Positions 30,064 through 39,674 of a stretch of 64,000 nt of DNA are shown here, one piece after another. This DNA comes from Clostridia bacterium (lineage in GTDB: Bacteria > Bacillota > DTU025): positions 4,693 through 68,692 of the forward strand of contig JAYFQW010000028.1 of assembly GCA_034926675.1 (NCBI GenBank). The letters are read 5' to 3'. A program made the position numbers and the translations under genes. The notes below the pieces were generated by a model that did no database searches, was not told where the DNA came from, and saw only the letters and a list, made by a program, of their open reading frames with translations. Numbering within the stretch: the first letter of the stretch is position 1; each line of letters opens with the position of its first letter.

Positions 30064-30975
30064 ATGTCTGATCAAGCTGCAGAGCTCAGGGGAATGGCAC
30101 AGGAGGTCGGTGATGTCCGGACGCGCCAGCAGCGGACCAAGAAGAGCGCGGACGACTCGGTGAGAGTAGTGGCCGTTACCTCAGGGAAGGGCGGCGTTGG
30201 CAAGACGAACTTCGTGGTGAATCTGGCGATGGCCCTGGCCGACATGGGCATGCGAGTCAGCATACTCGATGCCGACCTCGGGCTTGCCAACGTGGATGTG
30301 CTTCTAGGGCTGCCTGTAAGGCACAATCTGCATCATGTGCTCAATGGCACGTTGTCGCTCGAAGATATCGTCGTCAGAGGTCCGCGGGATATCGAGCTCA
30401 TTCCTGGAGCATCTGGGCTGCGCGAGATCGCGGATATGGACGACGCCTCCCGGGCCAATCTCATCGGTGCGCTCGCCAGAGCGGTCCGCGGGCGCGACAT
30501 TCTGATTGTGGACACGGGCGCCGGGATGTCGAAGAATGTCATGGACTTCGTGCTCTCGGCGCAGGAGACCATCGTGATGACTGCGCCGGAGCCAACAGCA
30601 ATGGCGGACGCCTATGCTATGATAAAGGTGATCTCCAGGGAAAACCCCAGCGCGGCAGTGCGGGTTGTGGTCAACATGTGCGCTAGCCGCGATGAAGCCA
30701 AGAATGTCGTTGAGCAGCTCGCTCTCCTGGCCAGCCGCTTCCTCAGCTTCACCTTCGAGCCGTTGGGATACATACCCATCGATTCCTGTGTGGCCAAGGC
30801 TGTGAAGCAGCGCCAGCCCTTTGTCCTGGCATATCCCTACTGCCCTGCGTCCGGGGCTATGCTTTCGATAAGCCGGAAGTTCCGCGGAATGGACCGGCCC
30901 GATGCGCATGAACCGGGGATCACCCCGTTCATCAAGAGGTTTCTAGGTATGACGGCTCCGGACTATCTGCTTTGA
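30064..30975 (+). CDS. flhG: MinD-type ATPase FlhG/FleN
   Basis: Deviant Walker A SGKGGVGKT, MinD family, position after flhF. Confidence 0.8.
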   Translation: MSDQAAELRGMAQEVGDVRTRQQRTKKSADDSVRVVAVTSGKGGVGKTNFVVNLAMALADMGMRVSILDADLGLANVDVLLGLPVRHNLHHVLNGTLSLEDIVVRGPRDIELIPGASGLREIADMDDASRANLIGALARAVRGRDILIVDTGAGMSKNVMDFVLSAQETIVMTAPEPTAMADAYAMIKVISRENPSAAVRVVVNMCASRDEAKNVVEQLALLASRFLSFTFEPLGYIPIDSCVAKAVKQRQPFVLAYPYCPASGAMLSISRKFRGMDRPDAHEPGITPFIKRFLGMTAPDYLL

Positions 30976-30990
30976 GAGAGTGGTTTAGAA

Positions 30991-31668
30991 ATGCGGGCGC
31001 CAAACCTCCGCACAGATTCGCGCATACGGATCAGGGCCAGGGATCTCGATGGCTCGCCGAAGTTCGCCACTAAGGTGGAGAGTCCATCTGATCGTGGCCT
31101 TTGGATCTATGCGCCGTATACCGACGATTACCAATCGATGCTGCGCGTTGGGGATGCAGTGGAGATTGTCTGCTCGAGTCGAGGGGCTGTATACTACTTC
31201 AATTCCACGATCATCGGCGAGATGGATGATCAGGTCAAGCTCCTAGAGATATCCGCGCCGCAGTTCGTGAAGAGAGAGCAGCGGCGGGACCACGTGCGAG
31301 TTCCTCTGTACATCAGGGCCAACTATGCTGTAGAATCTCCAGATCGCCAGCCCAGTCTGGAGTGGCGTGCAGCAGTCACGATTGATCTGTCTGGAGGCGG
31401 CGTGTGCCTGTTCATTCAGGGCACAGACAAGAGGCTGGCGCCTGGCGTATTGCTACGAATCGTACTGCCCATTAGGCCGAGTTCCGCATCACTGCAGCTG
31501 CGAGCCAGGATTGTGAGAGTTCAGTCGCCGGACCTTTCGACTGCCCAGCCGGGTGTGTGTGTGGCGGCCGAGTTCATTGACCTGAACGAGGGCCAGCGGG
31601 GAGATATCATCAGATATGTCTTCGACAGGCAGAGGGCGCTCATACGACAGTCTGTCGAACCGGAGTGA
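30991..31668 (+). CDS. PilZ-domain protein (YcgR/MotI-like c-di-GMP flagellar brake candidate)
   Basis: RxxxR (QRRDHVRV) and DxSxGG (DLSGGG) c-di-GMP binding motifs in the C-terminal half. Located between flhG and fliA. Confidence 0.7.
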   Translation: MRAPNLRTDSRIRIRARDLDGSPKFATKVESPSDRGLWIYAPYTDDYQSMLRVGDAVEIVCSSRGAVYYFNSTIIGEMDDQVKLLEISAPQFVKREQRRDHVRVPLYIRANYAVESPDRQPSLEWRAAVTIDLSGGGVCLFIQGTDKRLAPGVLLRIVLPIRPSSASLQLRARIVRVQSPDLSTAQPGVCVAAEFIDLNEGQRGDIIRYVFDRQRALIRQSVEPE

Positions 31669-31674
31669 AGTCAT

Positions 31675-32448
31675 ATGGAGGACATCTCAGTGCTATGGGC
31701 TCAGTATCGTGAGTCGGGAAGCCAGGCAGTGCGGGAAACGCTCATCCTGAACTACATGGGCCTGGTGAAGTTCATAGTGAGCCGCATGCCCCAGGCGTCA
31801 ATCCCAGGGGTCGACTACGATGACCTCATGGGATATGGTGTTCTTGGGCTCATGGACGCGGTTGAACGCTATGATCTGAAACGGGGAGTGAAGTTCGAGA
31901 CATACGCAATGACCCGCATAAGAGGGGCCATTATCGACCATCTGAGGAACATGGACTGGGTGCCACGGTCAGTGAGGCAGCGCGCCAGGGAGATTGAGAA
32001 GGCCATGTGGAAGCTGGAAACGCAGCTTGATAGGCCTGCCACCGATGATGACATAGCTGCCGAGCTGAGAGTCGATGTGGCCACCCTGGAGAAATGGATG
32101 TGGGAGATAAGCAAGGCGTCGTACTTGTCGCTCGACGAACTCATTGCGGTGGATGAGGAGAGCAATGCAGCGACGTTACTGGACTTCGTGAGCGACATCG
32201 GAAGCCCAGATCCGGAGATGGTGCTGGAAATCGAAGAGCTGAAGAACGCTCTGATCGACGCCATCGATTCCCTTCCCGAGCGCGAGCGGATGGTGATTGC
32301 GATGTACTACTATGAGGAGATGACCGTCAAGGAGATAGCACAGGTCATGAGGGTCTCGGAATCGAGAGTGTCCCAGCTTCATACGAAGGCCATGATGCGC
32401 CTTCGGGCTAAGGTCGATCAGGGCAGGCAGGTCAGTGTGGAAAGATGA
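31675..32448 (+). CDS. fliA: flagellar sigma factor FliA (sigma-28 / SigD family)
   Basis: Sigma-70 regions 2 and 4 (RGAIIDHLR; MTVKEIAQVMRVSESRVSQLHTKAM), about 257 aa, at the end of the fla locus. Confidence 0.85.
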   Translation: MEDISVLWAQYRESGSQAVRETLILNYMGLVKFIVSRMPQASIPGVDYDDLMGYGVLGLMDAVERYDLKRGVKFETYAMTRIRGAIIDHLRNMDWVPRSVRQRAREIEKAMWKLETQLDRPATDDDIAAELRVDVATLEKWMWEISKASYLSLDELIAVDEESNAATLLDFVSDIGSPDPEMVLEIEELKNALIDAIDSLPERERMVIAMYYYEEMTVKEIAQVMRVSESRVSQLHTKAMMRLRAKVDQGRQVSVER

Positions 32449-32527
32449 ACAAGGCCTGTTTGAGCCGTATGGGCTCGTGCGCTGCACCTGCCCGAATCTG
32501 CCTGGCGTCCGGTCTTCAGTTCCGCGC

Positions 32528-33460
32528 CTATCGGTCTACTCCGTCCCTGCCTGCGGTCTCACTCCTGCTCCCGCCTCCCGCAATTCCCCGAATGTAATGC
32601 TTCTGCAGCAAGAGGAACAGAGCCACCGGAGGAAGACTTCCAACGGCTGCTGACGCGAACAGGTACGCCCAGTGAGCCTCGTCAGCCGTGATCTGCATTG
32701 CTATCGCAGTCTGCACCACCCTGTACTTGCTGGAGAATGCCGCGACAAGAGGCCAGAACAGGGAGTTCCATTGAAACATGAACAGCATGACTACTACAGT
32801 AGCCGCTGCAGGTATGGACATTGGCATCACGATGCGCCAAAATGTGCAGAACCAGGACGCGCCATCGACGCGCGCTGCTTCGATGATCTCAGAAGGTATC
32901 TCCTCATAGAACTGCTTGAACAGGAATATAGCCAGACCGTTTCCCACAGCGGGCAGCACCAAAGCTGCGCGGGTGTTCAGGAATCCCATTCTGCTTACAA
33001 CGAGGTGGAGCGGGATCACTATTGCATCGAAGGGCGCGATGAACGCGACGAGAACCGCGAGAAACACCAGACTCCTGCCTGGAAACTCGAACTTGGCCAG
33101 GGCGAACCCTGCCATGGAGTTGACTACCACTCCGAGTGCGACGGCAGCGCCAGATACCAGCGCGCTGTTCGCGATCGCCCTGCCGAAATCCAGCTTGCTG
33201 AAGATGCCCATGATGTTCGAGAGCGTAGGACTGGAAGGGACGAACGTGCGCCACGTAAGTGGGGAGGCGTATTGATAGAGCGAACTTGCCGGGCGGAGGG
33301 CAGACGCAACCACCCACCATACCGGCAGGATGTATACCATGGCGAGAAGCAGGAAAAGCCCCTCCCGGGCAATGGTTCCTGCCAGGCGAACGGCGATACT
33401 GCGGTTCATGTTGGCATGGCTCGGGATTCCGCTCAAGTGCGCAGCCCCTCTACTGGACAT
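32528..33460 (-). CDS. CUT1-family sugar ABC transporter permease (MalG-like)
   Basis: Six TM helices, EAA loop (EIIEAARVDGAS), binding-protein-dependent transport family. Confidence 0.8.
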   Translation of the reverse strand: MSSRGAAHLSGIPSHANMNRSIAVRLAGTIAREGLFLLLAMVYILPVWWVVASALRPASSLYQYASPLTWRTFVPSSPTLSNIMGIFSKLDFGRAIANSALVSGAAVALGVVVNSMAGFALAKFEFPGRSLVFLAVLVAFIAPFDAIVIPLHLVVSRMGFLNTRAALVLPAVGNGLAIFLFKQFYEEIPSEIIEAARVDGASWFCTFWRIVMPMSIPAAATVVVMLFMFQWNSLFWPLVAAFSSKYRVVQTAIAMQITADEAHWAYLFASAAVGSLPPVALFLLLQKHYIRGIAGGGSRSETAGRDGVDR

Positions 33461-33495
33461 AGTTCGCGGAGTTCAATGGTTGGCATGGCCGCCTG

Positions 33496-34428
33496 CTAGT
33501 ACTCGTGTTTCGGTCGGGTAAGCCGCAGCTCGGCCAGTGAAAGAAGTAGCACCGCGGCGAGAACCAACGATGATATCGCCGTTGCCCTCCCCATGTCAAG
33601 ACCTATGAAGGCGCTCTTGTATGATTCATACACAAGGACGTTGGTGGATCGGATCGGCCCGCCCTTCGTAAGGATGAACACCGGAGCGAAGGTAAGGAAA
33701 TTGAACGCAGTGTTCGACACAAGCACGAAAGAGACGGTGCGTGCAAGCAGCGGAATGGTGATATGCCATGCCTGTTTGCTCTTGGAGGCCCCATCAAGTG
33801 CTGCCGCTTCGTACGCCTCCCTTGGGATTCCCTGCATCCCGGCGAGGAAGAACATCATCCAATAGCCGGAATTCCGCCACACTGCAATGGCGATCAAGCA
33901 CGCCAATGCTTGCCGTGGCGAGTTAAGAAACGGCTGAGGAGGAAGCCCGATTGCCCGGAGCAGGCTATTTACGAGTCCGTAGTAGGGATCGAGCATCAAC
34001 CCCCAGACCACTGCCACCACCGACATGGATATCGCGGACGGAAGGAAGCACGCAGTGCGCAAAAGCGAACGCCGTCTATCGCTGCCCTTGAGAAGGAAGG
34101 CGAGCCCCAGTGCGACTGCGACGGTGACCGGGCTCGCCAGGGCGGAGTAGGCGAGAGTGACCCTTGCTGATCCCCAGAAAACCGGATCTGAGGTGAACAG
34201 ATGCCTGTAGTTGGAAAAACCAACGAAAGCGCGGGTTGGACCTCCCGCAGCAGCGCCGACGCCGGCGTTGATACTGGCGCCGATCGCCTCGCTGGCAGCT
34301 GTCGGAGGGGTCGCCAATCCCATAAGGCTTTCGCCTACGGATACTGCAGCGGGCAAAACCCGAAACAGCCCCAGCAGAATCAGGGCTGGGGCCAAGAACA
34401 CTATTGCAGCGCGCGGTTCACGGAACAC
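33496..34428 (-). CDS. CUT1-family sugar ABC transporter permease (MalF-like)
   Basis: EAA motif (EAYEAAALDGASK), polytopic membrane protein. Confidence 0.8.
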   Translation of the reverse strand: MFREPRAAIVFLAPALILLGLFRVLPAAVSVGESLMGLATPPTAASEAIGASINAGVGAAAGGPTRAFVGFSNYRHLFTSDPVFWGSARVTLAYSALASPVTVAVALGLAFLLKGSDRRRSLLRTACFLPSAISMSVVAVVWGLMLDPYYGLVNSLLRAIGLPPQPFLNSPRQALACLIAIAVWRNSGYWMMFFLAGMQGIPREAYEAAALDGASKSKQAWHITIPLLARTVSFVLVSNTAFNFLTFAPVFILTKGGPIRSTNVLVYESYKSAFIGLDMGRATAISSLVLAAVLLLSLAELRLTRPKHEY

Positions 34429-34509
34429 GAGATCACTCCAAGTTCGAGGCGGCAGGGCGGCTCTCCCGGCGACTCGACGAGCCGCCCGCGCACGGATTGG
34501 GCTACCGGA

Positions 34510-35772
34510 CTACCGGTATTTCGCGAGGTCTCTATCGATCTGGCGCGCGGCGCTCTCGAGAGTAGAGGCAGGGTCGGCGCCGAACTGTATCGCATTGAAT
34601 GCATCCTTCAGAATCGACTCATACTGGAGATACCCGGGGGTAACAGGGCGCGGCGACGCAGTGGTGTCCATCTCGTGTAGAAGCACCTGCCACATCGGGT
34701 TCTTGAACACATCTGGGAGAGCAGCATACACATCGCGCCTTGCGGGAGCATTTCCGAACAGCTTGGTCCAGGCGATGGATGCATCCCGACCGGTTATGAA
34801 CTTCAGGAACCTCACGGCGGCATCCCGGTTGGCGGTCCTAGAGCCTATTCCAACGTTCCATCCACCTGTGGGTGTGACGGCGCGCCCTCCTGCAAAGTAC
34901 GGGTGGGGTGCGAGTCCAAACTCCCAATCCTTGAACGCCGCCAACCTCGAGATGTTCCACTCAGCCCCCAGCATCATCGCAGCCTTTCCGCAGCCGAAGT
35001 ACTCTCTGGCTACTGGCGCCTCAAGCAGGCCCTTCGGACTCACCTTCCACTCGTTGAACAGCTTTGAGTAGAACGTGGCAGCCTCAATGAACGCAGGCGA
35101 GGTGATGTAGCCCTCAGATACGGCGCCGTCGGCCGAGAGAGCGCGGGCTCCGCGTGACTCTGCAAGGGGGAGTATCTGGTACGGCCTGTCGGATTGCTCG
35201 AGGATTAGGCCCCACGTATCAGGCTGGCCGTCGTGGTTCTCATCGATGGTCAGCTTGCGGGCGAGCTCGGCTGCCTGCTCCCAGGTGAGACGCTCCCCGG
35301 GGTTCTCCGACGGCAGCGCCACGCCATACTTACGGAAAATCGTCTTGTTGAAGTAGAGGCCAACAGAGGATGTAGCGTAGGGCGCGGCGTAGAGCCTGCC
35401 ATTCCATCGGCATGCGGCCACCGACGAAGGAAACCACGCTGCCAGTTCAGTTTCGGTGAACACATCATCCAATGGAAGGAGATAGCCTCTCGTTGCATAT
35501 GATGCAGTTAAGGGCCCGTCCACTATGAACACATCGGGGGCATGCCCTGACGCGAGCCTGACTTCGAGGGTCTGGAAGAGTTGATTGAATGGAACGAGCT
35601 GAATGTCCACGGGAATGTCGGGATATGCTTTCCGAAACCCCTCGATCTGTGCATCGACTAAGTTCTTCGGCCAGCCCATCCACACGACCTCAAGGGTGGT
35701 TGCCCCCAGGACAGGTAATGAGATCAATGCCAGCGCGGCGATGACGACGGAGAGCGCGATCGCCCTTTTCAT
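34510..35772 (-). CDS. extracellular solute-binding protein family 1 (sugar ABC transporter substrate-binding protein)
   Basis: Signal peptide (MKRAIALSVVIAALALISLPVLG), SBP_bac_1-type sequence. Confidence 0.8.
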   Translation of the reverse strand: MKRAIALSVVIAALALISLPVLGATTLEVVWMGWPKNLVDAQIEGFRKAYPDIPVDIQLVPFNQLFQTLEVRLASGHAPDVFIVDGPLTASYATRGYLLPLDDVFTETELAAWFPSSVAACRWNGRLYAAPYATSSVGLYFNKTIFRKYGVALPSENPGERLTWEQAAELARKLTIDENHDGQPDTWGLILEQSDRPYQILPLAESRGARALSADGAVSEGYITSPAFIEAATFYSKLFNEWKVSPKGLLEAPVAREYFGCGKAAMMLGAEWNISRLAAFKDWEFGLAPHPYFAGGRAVTPTGGWNVGIGSRTANRDAAVRFLKFITGRDASIAWTKLFGNAPARRDVYAALPDVFKNPMWQVLLHEMDTTASPRPVTPGYLQYESILKDAFNAIQFGADPASTLESAARQIDRDLAKYR

Positions 35773-36192
35773 GGGTACTAAGCCTCACTTTTCGAGTTGC
35801 ACAGTCTGATGCCAGTTTATATGAGACCGTTGCATGGTGCAAATCCGATCGCCTCTGATTTGAAGAAGGCGCCCAATGGAAAGGAGGGAGCTCCTGCCCC
35901 CTCCGAATACGGAGTGCTTTCCAATCTAGATGGGGAAGAACCAACAGAAGAGCCACCAGACCAGTATGATGGCAATATCGACGATGATGAGCCACCACCA
36001 CCACCAGAATGGCCAGAAGATACCCTTCTTCTCAACCTCCGCCATTGCCCGTTAACCCCCTCTTCCATAAGCGATGGGTCCGGTTCATATTATGAAGGTT
36101 GGAGGCAGGGTGAACGGTGCCAATGGCACACCCGGTTGGCGAAGCGCGCACGACGCCAGGCCCTGTTGCGACGGGGTGGAAGCGGCGTCGGC

Positions 36193-37290
36193 CTATCCGC
36201 GCCACCGCGCTCCCTCGTCCATCATGATCAGGTAGTTCTCCACAGGCACATAGTTCGCTATTGAGTTCCCGGATCCCAGCGCCCAGCGACCGGCAACGCA
36301 GTGCTCTATGATCTCTCGGACATACTCTCGGAGTTCCGCCTCTCCCATCCGGCATAGCTTATCCACGTCTACACCGCCTAGGGCAGCGACGCGATTGCCG
36401 TGTCGCGCCACGAAATCCGCCACTGGGATGATTTCGTCCTGAAATGAGTGAATAGCGTCAACGCCCACATCATCAATGAGGTCATCCATGATGGCCGACA
36501 GATTCCCGCAAGAGTGCAGCCAGTACATCTGGCCATGCTCATGAGCCAGGGCTGCGTACCGCTTGTGCCATGGGAACACGAGTTTACGAAGACGATCCGG
36601 GGAGATGAAGGTGGACGTCTTAAAGCCCATGTCATCGCCTTGAAAGAAGCCCGCGACGTTATCAAGGGTGCACGCGTTGCGGTAGAACGAGAGGAGCGCC
36701 TCTCCGGTCCGGCTGAACACAGCCTCCACCAAGGCTGGATCCTCATACAGCAGGATGCTCATCCCCTCGAACCCGAGTAGATACTCGGAGGCAATCTCGA
36801 ACACGCCGCTCGATGGGCAGACGAGCATCTTCATGCCATCTGGGAGGTTCTTCGACACGAACTCATAGGCGGAGTAGTCGACCTGATTCATCTTCGCCCA
36901 TGGGTATGACTGGAACTCATCCCATGAGGCGATCTCTCCGGAACTCTCCTCAACCCAACCACGCTCACCCCGGGAAAGGTCCGCTGTATCAACAGTGGCC
37001 CGGTGCTTGGCGCGGGGCACGTGAAGTCCGTCGCCGACCCGAATGTAGTCATAGCCCATGCGGCGCCAGAATGCGATTTGCTGCTTCCAGTAGCCCTCGA
37101 AACTGTACTCCGGTGATGTGATCGGTTTCTCACCGAGGCAGCTCTGCAGCACTTCAGCAACGATCTCTCTGTCTGCGAAAAGCTCGGCGTAGTGAACACG
37201 GGCAGCCTTGCGTGTGCCCTCAAGCACCTGCCTGAACTCGGCGAAATCGGGCCTGGGATCATCGAACGGGACGAGCAGCTTTCCTGCCAT
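36193..37290 (-). CDS. uroporphyrinogen decarboxylase (URO-D)/MtaA-family protein (candidate corrinoid-dependent methyltransferase)
   Basis: URO-D family core (FQGDDMGFKTSTFISPDRLRKLVFPWHKRY), H-x-C-G zinc motif of MtaA-type methyltransferases (HSCGN) and a second Cys (EHCVAG). Confidence 0.65.
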   Translation of the reverse strand: MAGKLLVPFDDPRPDFAEFRQVLEGTRKAARVHYAELFADREIVAEVLQSCLGEKPITSPEYSFEGYWKQQIAFWRRMGYDYIRVGDGLHVPRAKHRATVDTADLSRGERGWVEESSGEIASWDEFQSYPWAKMNQVDYSAYEFVSKNLPDGMKMLVCPSSGVFEIASEYLLGFEGMSILLYEDPALVEAVFSRTGEALLSFYRNACTLDNVAGFFQGDDMGFKTSTFISPDRLRKLVFPWHKRYAALAHEHGQMYWLHSCGNLSAIMDDLIDDVGVDAIHSFQDEIIPVADFVARHGNRVAALGGVDVDKLCRMGEAELREYVREIIEHCVAGRWALGSGNSIANYVPVENYLIMMDEGARWRG

Positions 37291-37463
37291 GGTAGGTCCC
37301 TCCCTGTGTGAGTGGTATAGCTGAGCCTCAGCCCCGGGGTTCGCCGCATTGCCGGGCGGGGTGCGCCAGGTAGTCCGGGGCGGGCGATCAGGTTCGGTTC
37401 GTGGCGGTTCCAGATGCGGTTCCAGATATGGATAAGGCCCGCCTCAGGGGGTGGGCCTCATCC

Positions 37464-37486
37464 CTGTCTGACTGCATCTCAGACAG
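37464..37486 (-). terminator. intercistronic stem-loop(s) immediately downstream of the substrate-binding protein gene
   Basis: Perfect inverted repeat CTGTCTGA-N7-TCAGACAG plus a second GC-rich hairpin (GGCCCGCC...GGTGGGCC) at 37430-37460. Confidence 0.35.
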
Positions 37487-37494
37487 TCAGCGTG

Positions 37495-38739
37495 TCACTT
37501 CAGCTCGGCGTTTGCCTCTTTGATCAGCGTCACTGCATCTGCGAGCGCGCGGTCAGGGCTATTCTGGTTGCGAAGAACAATGTCGATGGCATTGTTCATC
37601 GGCACCCACACTGCGTTCATCTCCGGGATATCGGGCAGGATGCATCCATAGTCGGCTTGCGCGCCGAATCCGACGACCTCAGGGCTATTCTTGGCCTCCG
37701 GAGTATCGAGGACATCAAGCCGCGGGGGAATGCCCTCGGCGTTCCGGAAAGACCTCAGCATCGCATCCCTGGAAGTCAAGTAGGCTATGAGCTTGACCGC
37801 GTCGGCCTTGTTCTTGCTGTATGAGCTCACATGCCACCACTTGAGGCTCACGAACGGCGAGGGATACTTTCCATTGTCCAGTTTCGGCAGGGGCGCGACT
37901 CCGTAGTCGATTCCGGCCTGCTTCACATTAGTGATGATCCACGGACCATCGACGATGGCGGCTGCCTTGCCCTCAGTGAACTTGGCAGGAGCAGCCACGT
38001 AGTCGGTTCCAACCGGGATCAGACCCTCATCGCGGAATACCTTGAGCAACTTCAATGCCTTCACTGATCCGGCATTCGCGAGTCCGATGTTCTTCGCGTC
38101 CCAGCCGTTGGCAGTCGGAGTGAACACGTATCCGCCATAGGCATTCATGAATGGATAAGCGTAGTAGAAGTTCTCCATCGGCCACAACACGCCGAACATG
38201 CCCTTCTTCAAGAGCTCCTTCGACCTGGAGATCATCTCATCCATTGTGGCTGGCGGCGTCGGCCAGATCTTCTTGTTGTAGATCAGCCCGATTGTCGAGA
38301 TGTCGTAAGGAACTCCGTAGAGCTTGCCGTCAACAGTCGCTCCATCTAGGCCCACCTTCATGAACTTGGAGGCATCGATCGAAGTGCGGTCTATGGGCGA
38401 CAACATGCCGGTAACGGTGAGTATTCCGAGCTTGCCTGAGAGTGAGCAGAACACGTCCGGCCCTTTACCCATGGGGCCGGCGAGGGCGATTCTGTCGGCG
38501 GTTTCCAGAACGCCTACTGACTCAATGCTCACAGACCTTCCACTGGTCTTCGTCCACTCGTCTGCTATCGCTCTTATGGTGGCTACCTTCTGAGGTTCAC
38601 ACCAAACCACGATCGGATCCGCTGCTACTGCATACACAGCGCTCAGCGAAAGAAGCAGCAGCCCGACTGCGAGAACGCACAGAACTCGAGTCCATGATTT
38701 CACGTGAGATTCCCTCCTCCATGTGGATTCGCATGACAT
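37495..38739 (-). CDS. extracellular solute-binding protein family 1 (sugar ABC transporter substrate-binding protein)
   Basis: Signal peptide, maltose/oligosaccharide-binding-protein-like sequence. Confidence 0.8.
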   Translation of the reverse strand: MSCESTWRRESHVKSWTRVLCVLAVGLLLLSLSAVYAVAADPIVVWCEPQKVATIRAIADEWTKTSGRSVSIESVGVLETADRIALAGPMGKGPDVFCSLSGKLGILTVTGMLSPIDRTSIDASKFMKVGLDGATVDGKLYGVPYDISTIGLIYNKKIWPTPPATMDEMISRSKELLKKGMFGVLWPMENFYYAYPFMNAYGGYVFTPTANGWDAKNIGLANAGSVKALKLLKVFRDEGLIPVGTDYVAAPAKFTEGKAAAIVDGPWIITNVKQAGIDYGVAPLPKLDNGKYPSPFVSLKWWHVSSYSKNKADAVKLIAYLTSRDAMLRSFRNAEGIPPRLDVLDTPEAKNSPEVVGFGAQADYGCILPDIPEMNAVWVPMNNAIDIVLRNQNSPDRALADAVTLIKEANAELK

Positions 38740-38800
38740 AAACGGCTGACAGATCGCCGGGCCTGCAAGGCCCGCACATATGCACCTCCTCAGACGATGA

Positions 38801-39673
38801 TCACTTAATGGCGCCCTGGGTCATGCCTGACACAATGTACTGCTCAGCTGACAGGAACACGATGACAATTGGAATTGCGGTAAGCACCGACACTGCGGAG
38901 AAAGAGGCCCACTGCGTCGAGAACTGAGACGAGGTGAGGCTCCTCATGCCGAGTACTGAGGTCCACTTGGCGGTGGAGGTTATGATCACCTGCGCCATGA
39001 TGTACTCCGAATAGGGCCCGAGGAAATTCACCAAACCGACTACGTACAGTATCGGCTTTGCCAAAGGAAGGAGTATTCTTACGAACGCCTGAAACCTAGT
39101 GGCGCCGTCGATCATGGCCGACTCCTCAATCTCCTTGGGCAATGAATCGAAGTACCCCTTGAGAAGCCACACCGAGAAGGGGATCGCACCTCCCACATAC
39201 ACGATTATCAGCCCCAGGTAGGTATCGATTAGGCCTGCCCATCCAAGGAGAGTGTAGAGCGCCACAATCGCCATGAAACTGGGGAACATCTGCATAATCA
39301 TCGATGCTATCAGCCCTTGCCTACGCCCTGGAAATCTCATTCTTGAGAAAGCATAGGCCGCTGGTGTTGTTACAGCGAGCGCTGCAAGGGCTGTGAGTAC
39401 GGAAACCTTGACCGTATTCATGATCCAGCGCGGGAAATTCACGTCGGGATCGGTGAGTACCGTCTTGTAGTTGTCGAGTGTTACTGTATCAGGAATGAGA
39501 GAAGAGCCCACGAGGCCAGTGGAAGCCTTGAATGAGCACGATGCCACCCAGAGAAGTGGATAGAGAACCAAGACGCAGGCGACTGCCAGCACAAGGTAGA
39601 GAAGCACCAGCTCAAGCATGTTGCCTGCTTTTTTACGGTAGCTTGTGCGCTCGGATCTGCAAACGTTCGCCAT
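38801..39673 (-). CDS. CUT1-family sugar ABC transporter permease (MalG-like)
   Basis: EAA loop (EIEESAMIDGATR), six TM segments. Confidence 0.8.
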   Translation of the reverse strand: MANVCRSERTSYRKKAGNMLELVLLYLVLAVACVLVLYPLLWVASCSFKASTGLVGSSLIPDTVTLDNYKTVLTDPDVNFPRWIMNTVKVSVLTALAALAVTTPAAYAFSRMRFPGRRQGLIASMIMQMFPSFMAIVALYTLLGWAGLIDTYLGLIIVYVGGAIPFSVWLLKGYFDSLPKEIEESAMIDGATRFQAFVRILLPLAKPILYVVGLVNFLGPYSEYIMAQVIITSTAKWTSVLGMRSLTSSQFSTQWASFSAVSVLTAIPIVIVFLSAEQYIVSGMTQGAIK

Positions 39674-39674
39674 C

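Noticed and set aside
36123-36140. TGGCAC hexamer suggestive of a sigma-54 -24 box
   Set aside because: The downstream spacing gives GTTGG rather than TTGC at -12. It points toward the plus strand where no gene follows. It is better explained as half of the GTGCCA-A-TGGCAC palindrome.
35797-36264. 155-aa plus-strand ORF (and an 83-aa minus-strand Gly/Ser-rich ORF at 35817..36068) in the spacer between the URO-D-like and SBP genes
   Set aside because: Proline/acidic low-complexity sequence, overlaps the 3' end of the URO-D-like gene, no RBS or domain support. More likely a non-coding intercistronic spacer or gene remnant.
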